Below are positions 63,024 through 64,000 of a stretch of DNA of 64,000 bases, piece by piece. A program made the position numbers and the translations under genes. Where the stretch lies: NCBI RefSeq assembly GCF_006345805.1, contig NC_043008.1:78244001-78308000 (forward strand), given 5' to 3'. Within the stretch, counting starts at the first letter, position 1. Every line of letters begins with the position of its first letter. Origin of the DNA: Octopus sinensis (lineage: Eukaryota). The notes beneath the pieces were generated by a model, which had not been told where the DNA came from, made no database searches, and saw only the letters and a program-made list of their open reading frames with translations.

Positions 63024-63836
63024 ATAATAATAATAACAATATCAACCACAAAAAAAGAAATAACTATCTTTTAATCTATATTCATTAAATAAATTATATA
63101 TTTAATAATAAAATAAACATTTAAATATAATCTAACTATAAGTATTTAAAGAACCTTTAGTAACTCTTATTGACTAATGCTCAAACAACCTACAGAGGTG
63201 CAAACACAACACTACTATCATTAATTAAATTATTTATTTAATTATTTATTTATTTATTTATATTTCTCTAGTTTCAGCTCAGAGCTGCGGCCATGCTGAT
63301 GCACCGCCGTAATGTTAAATTAGAATGATTAAATTATGTAATATACAATATAAATCTCATACTAACTTTTAGAATTAATACTAGTACAAAGTATAACTCC
63401 AAATTAGAAACAAAATAGGGTTTAAATATAGTCGCTATTTATCTAAAAAATTATTATATAAGTAAAGTAATTTGTGGCTACATTTAATTTTACGCTCGTC
63501 CAATGTATTCACTAATTTATTATGATTATTAAATAATATTTCATTAAATTAACTAGAACACAAATAACAATAATTGCTACCTATACTATATGATTTCGCC
63601 TTACAAATTATCTCCCACTTTAAATTATATTTAATTCGTTGGGAATATATGTAAAAACGTACGTAGTGTTTTCACATATTATATTATATATTTATCATTC
63701 ATTTTATACCTTTTGAGATCTAGTTATATATTTAAAAAAAATATATATATATATACATATATATATATATTGGTTATTTATGTATTGGTTTATGTCTATC
63801 ATTGTTTGAGTTACATAATAGTGGTTTTATCTCTAA

Positions 63837-63873
<37 letters not shown>

Positions 63874-64000
63874 ATCAATAATAAATCTCTGAGCGAGATG
63901 TCAACAATAGCAGCAAGACCTCTGTTGCTTACATCCCCAGGAATACATCTACTCCAGCTGGCTATTTTGCGGTTGGAATCAGTTTTCATCACTTGCTACT

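Overview
Eukaryotic, AT-rich, gene-free transposon graveyard; the repeat families and microsatellite style point to an octopus/cephalopod genome (inference). No host protein-coding exon, rRNA, true tRNA or CRISPR array can be supported. Contents: R4/Dong-like restriction-endonuclease non-LTR retrotransposons sitting in (TAA)n; three Tx1/L1-clade LINEs, one nearly full length and bracketed by (GATA)n; CR1-like LINE fragments; many Penelope-like elements (PLEs; RT + GIY-YIG) and their pseudo-LTRs; two mariners and a maT-like relic; non-autonomous Helitrons; three tRNA-derived SINE families; abundant microsatellites, which explain most short ORFs. Features that are invisible in the ORF track: at least seven hammerhead ribozyme motifs in PLE pseudo-LTRs (several with large, structured loop II insertions), an approximately 7.9 kb inverted duplication centred on a PLE, a candidate GATA-microsatellite-specific Tx1 element, and a SINE whose 3' tail matches the Tx1 3' end. 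Coordinates were read by eye and boundaries are approximate.
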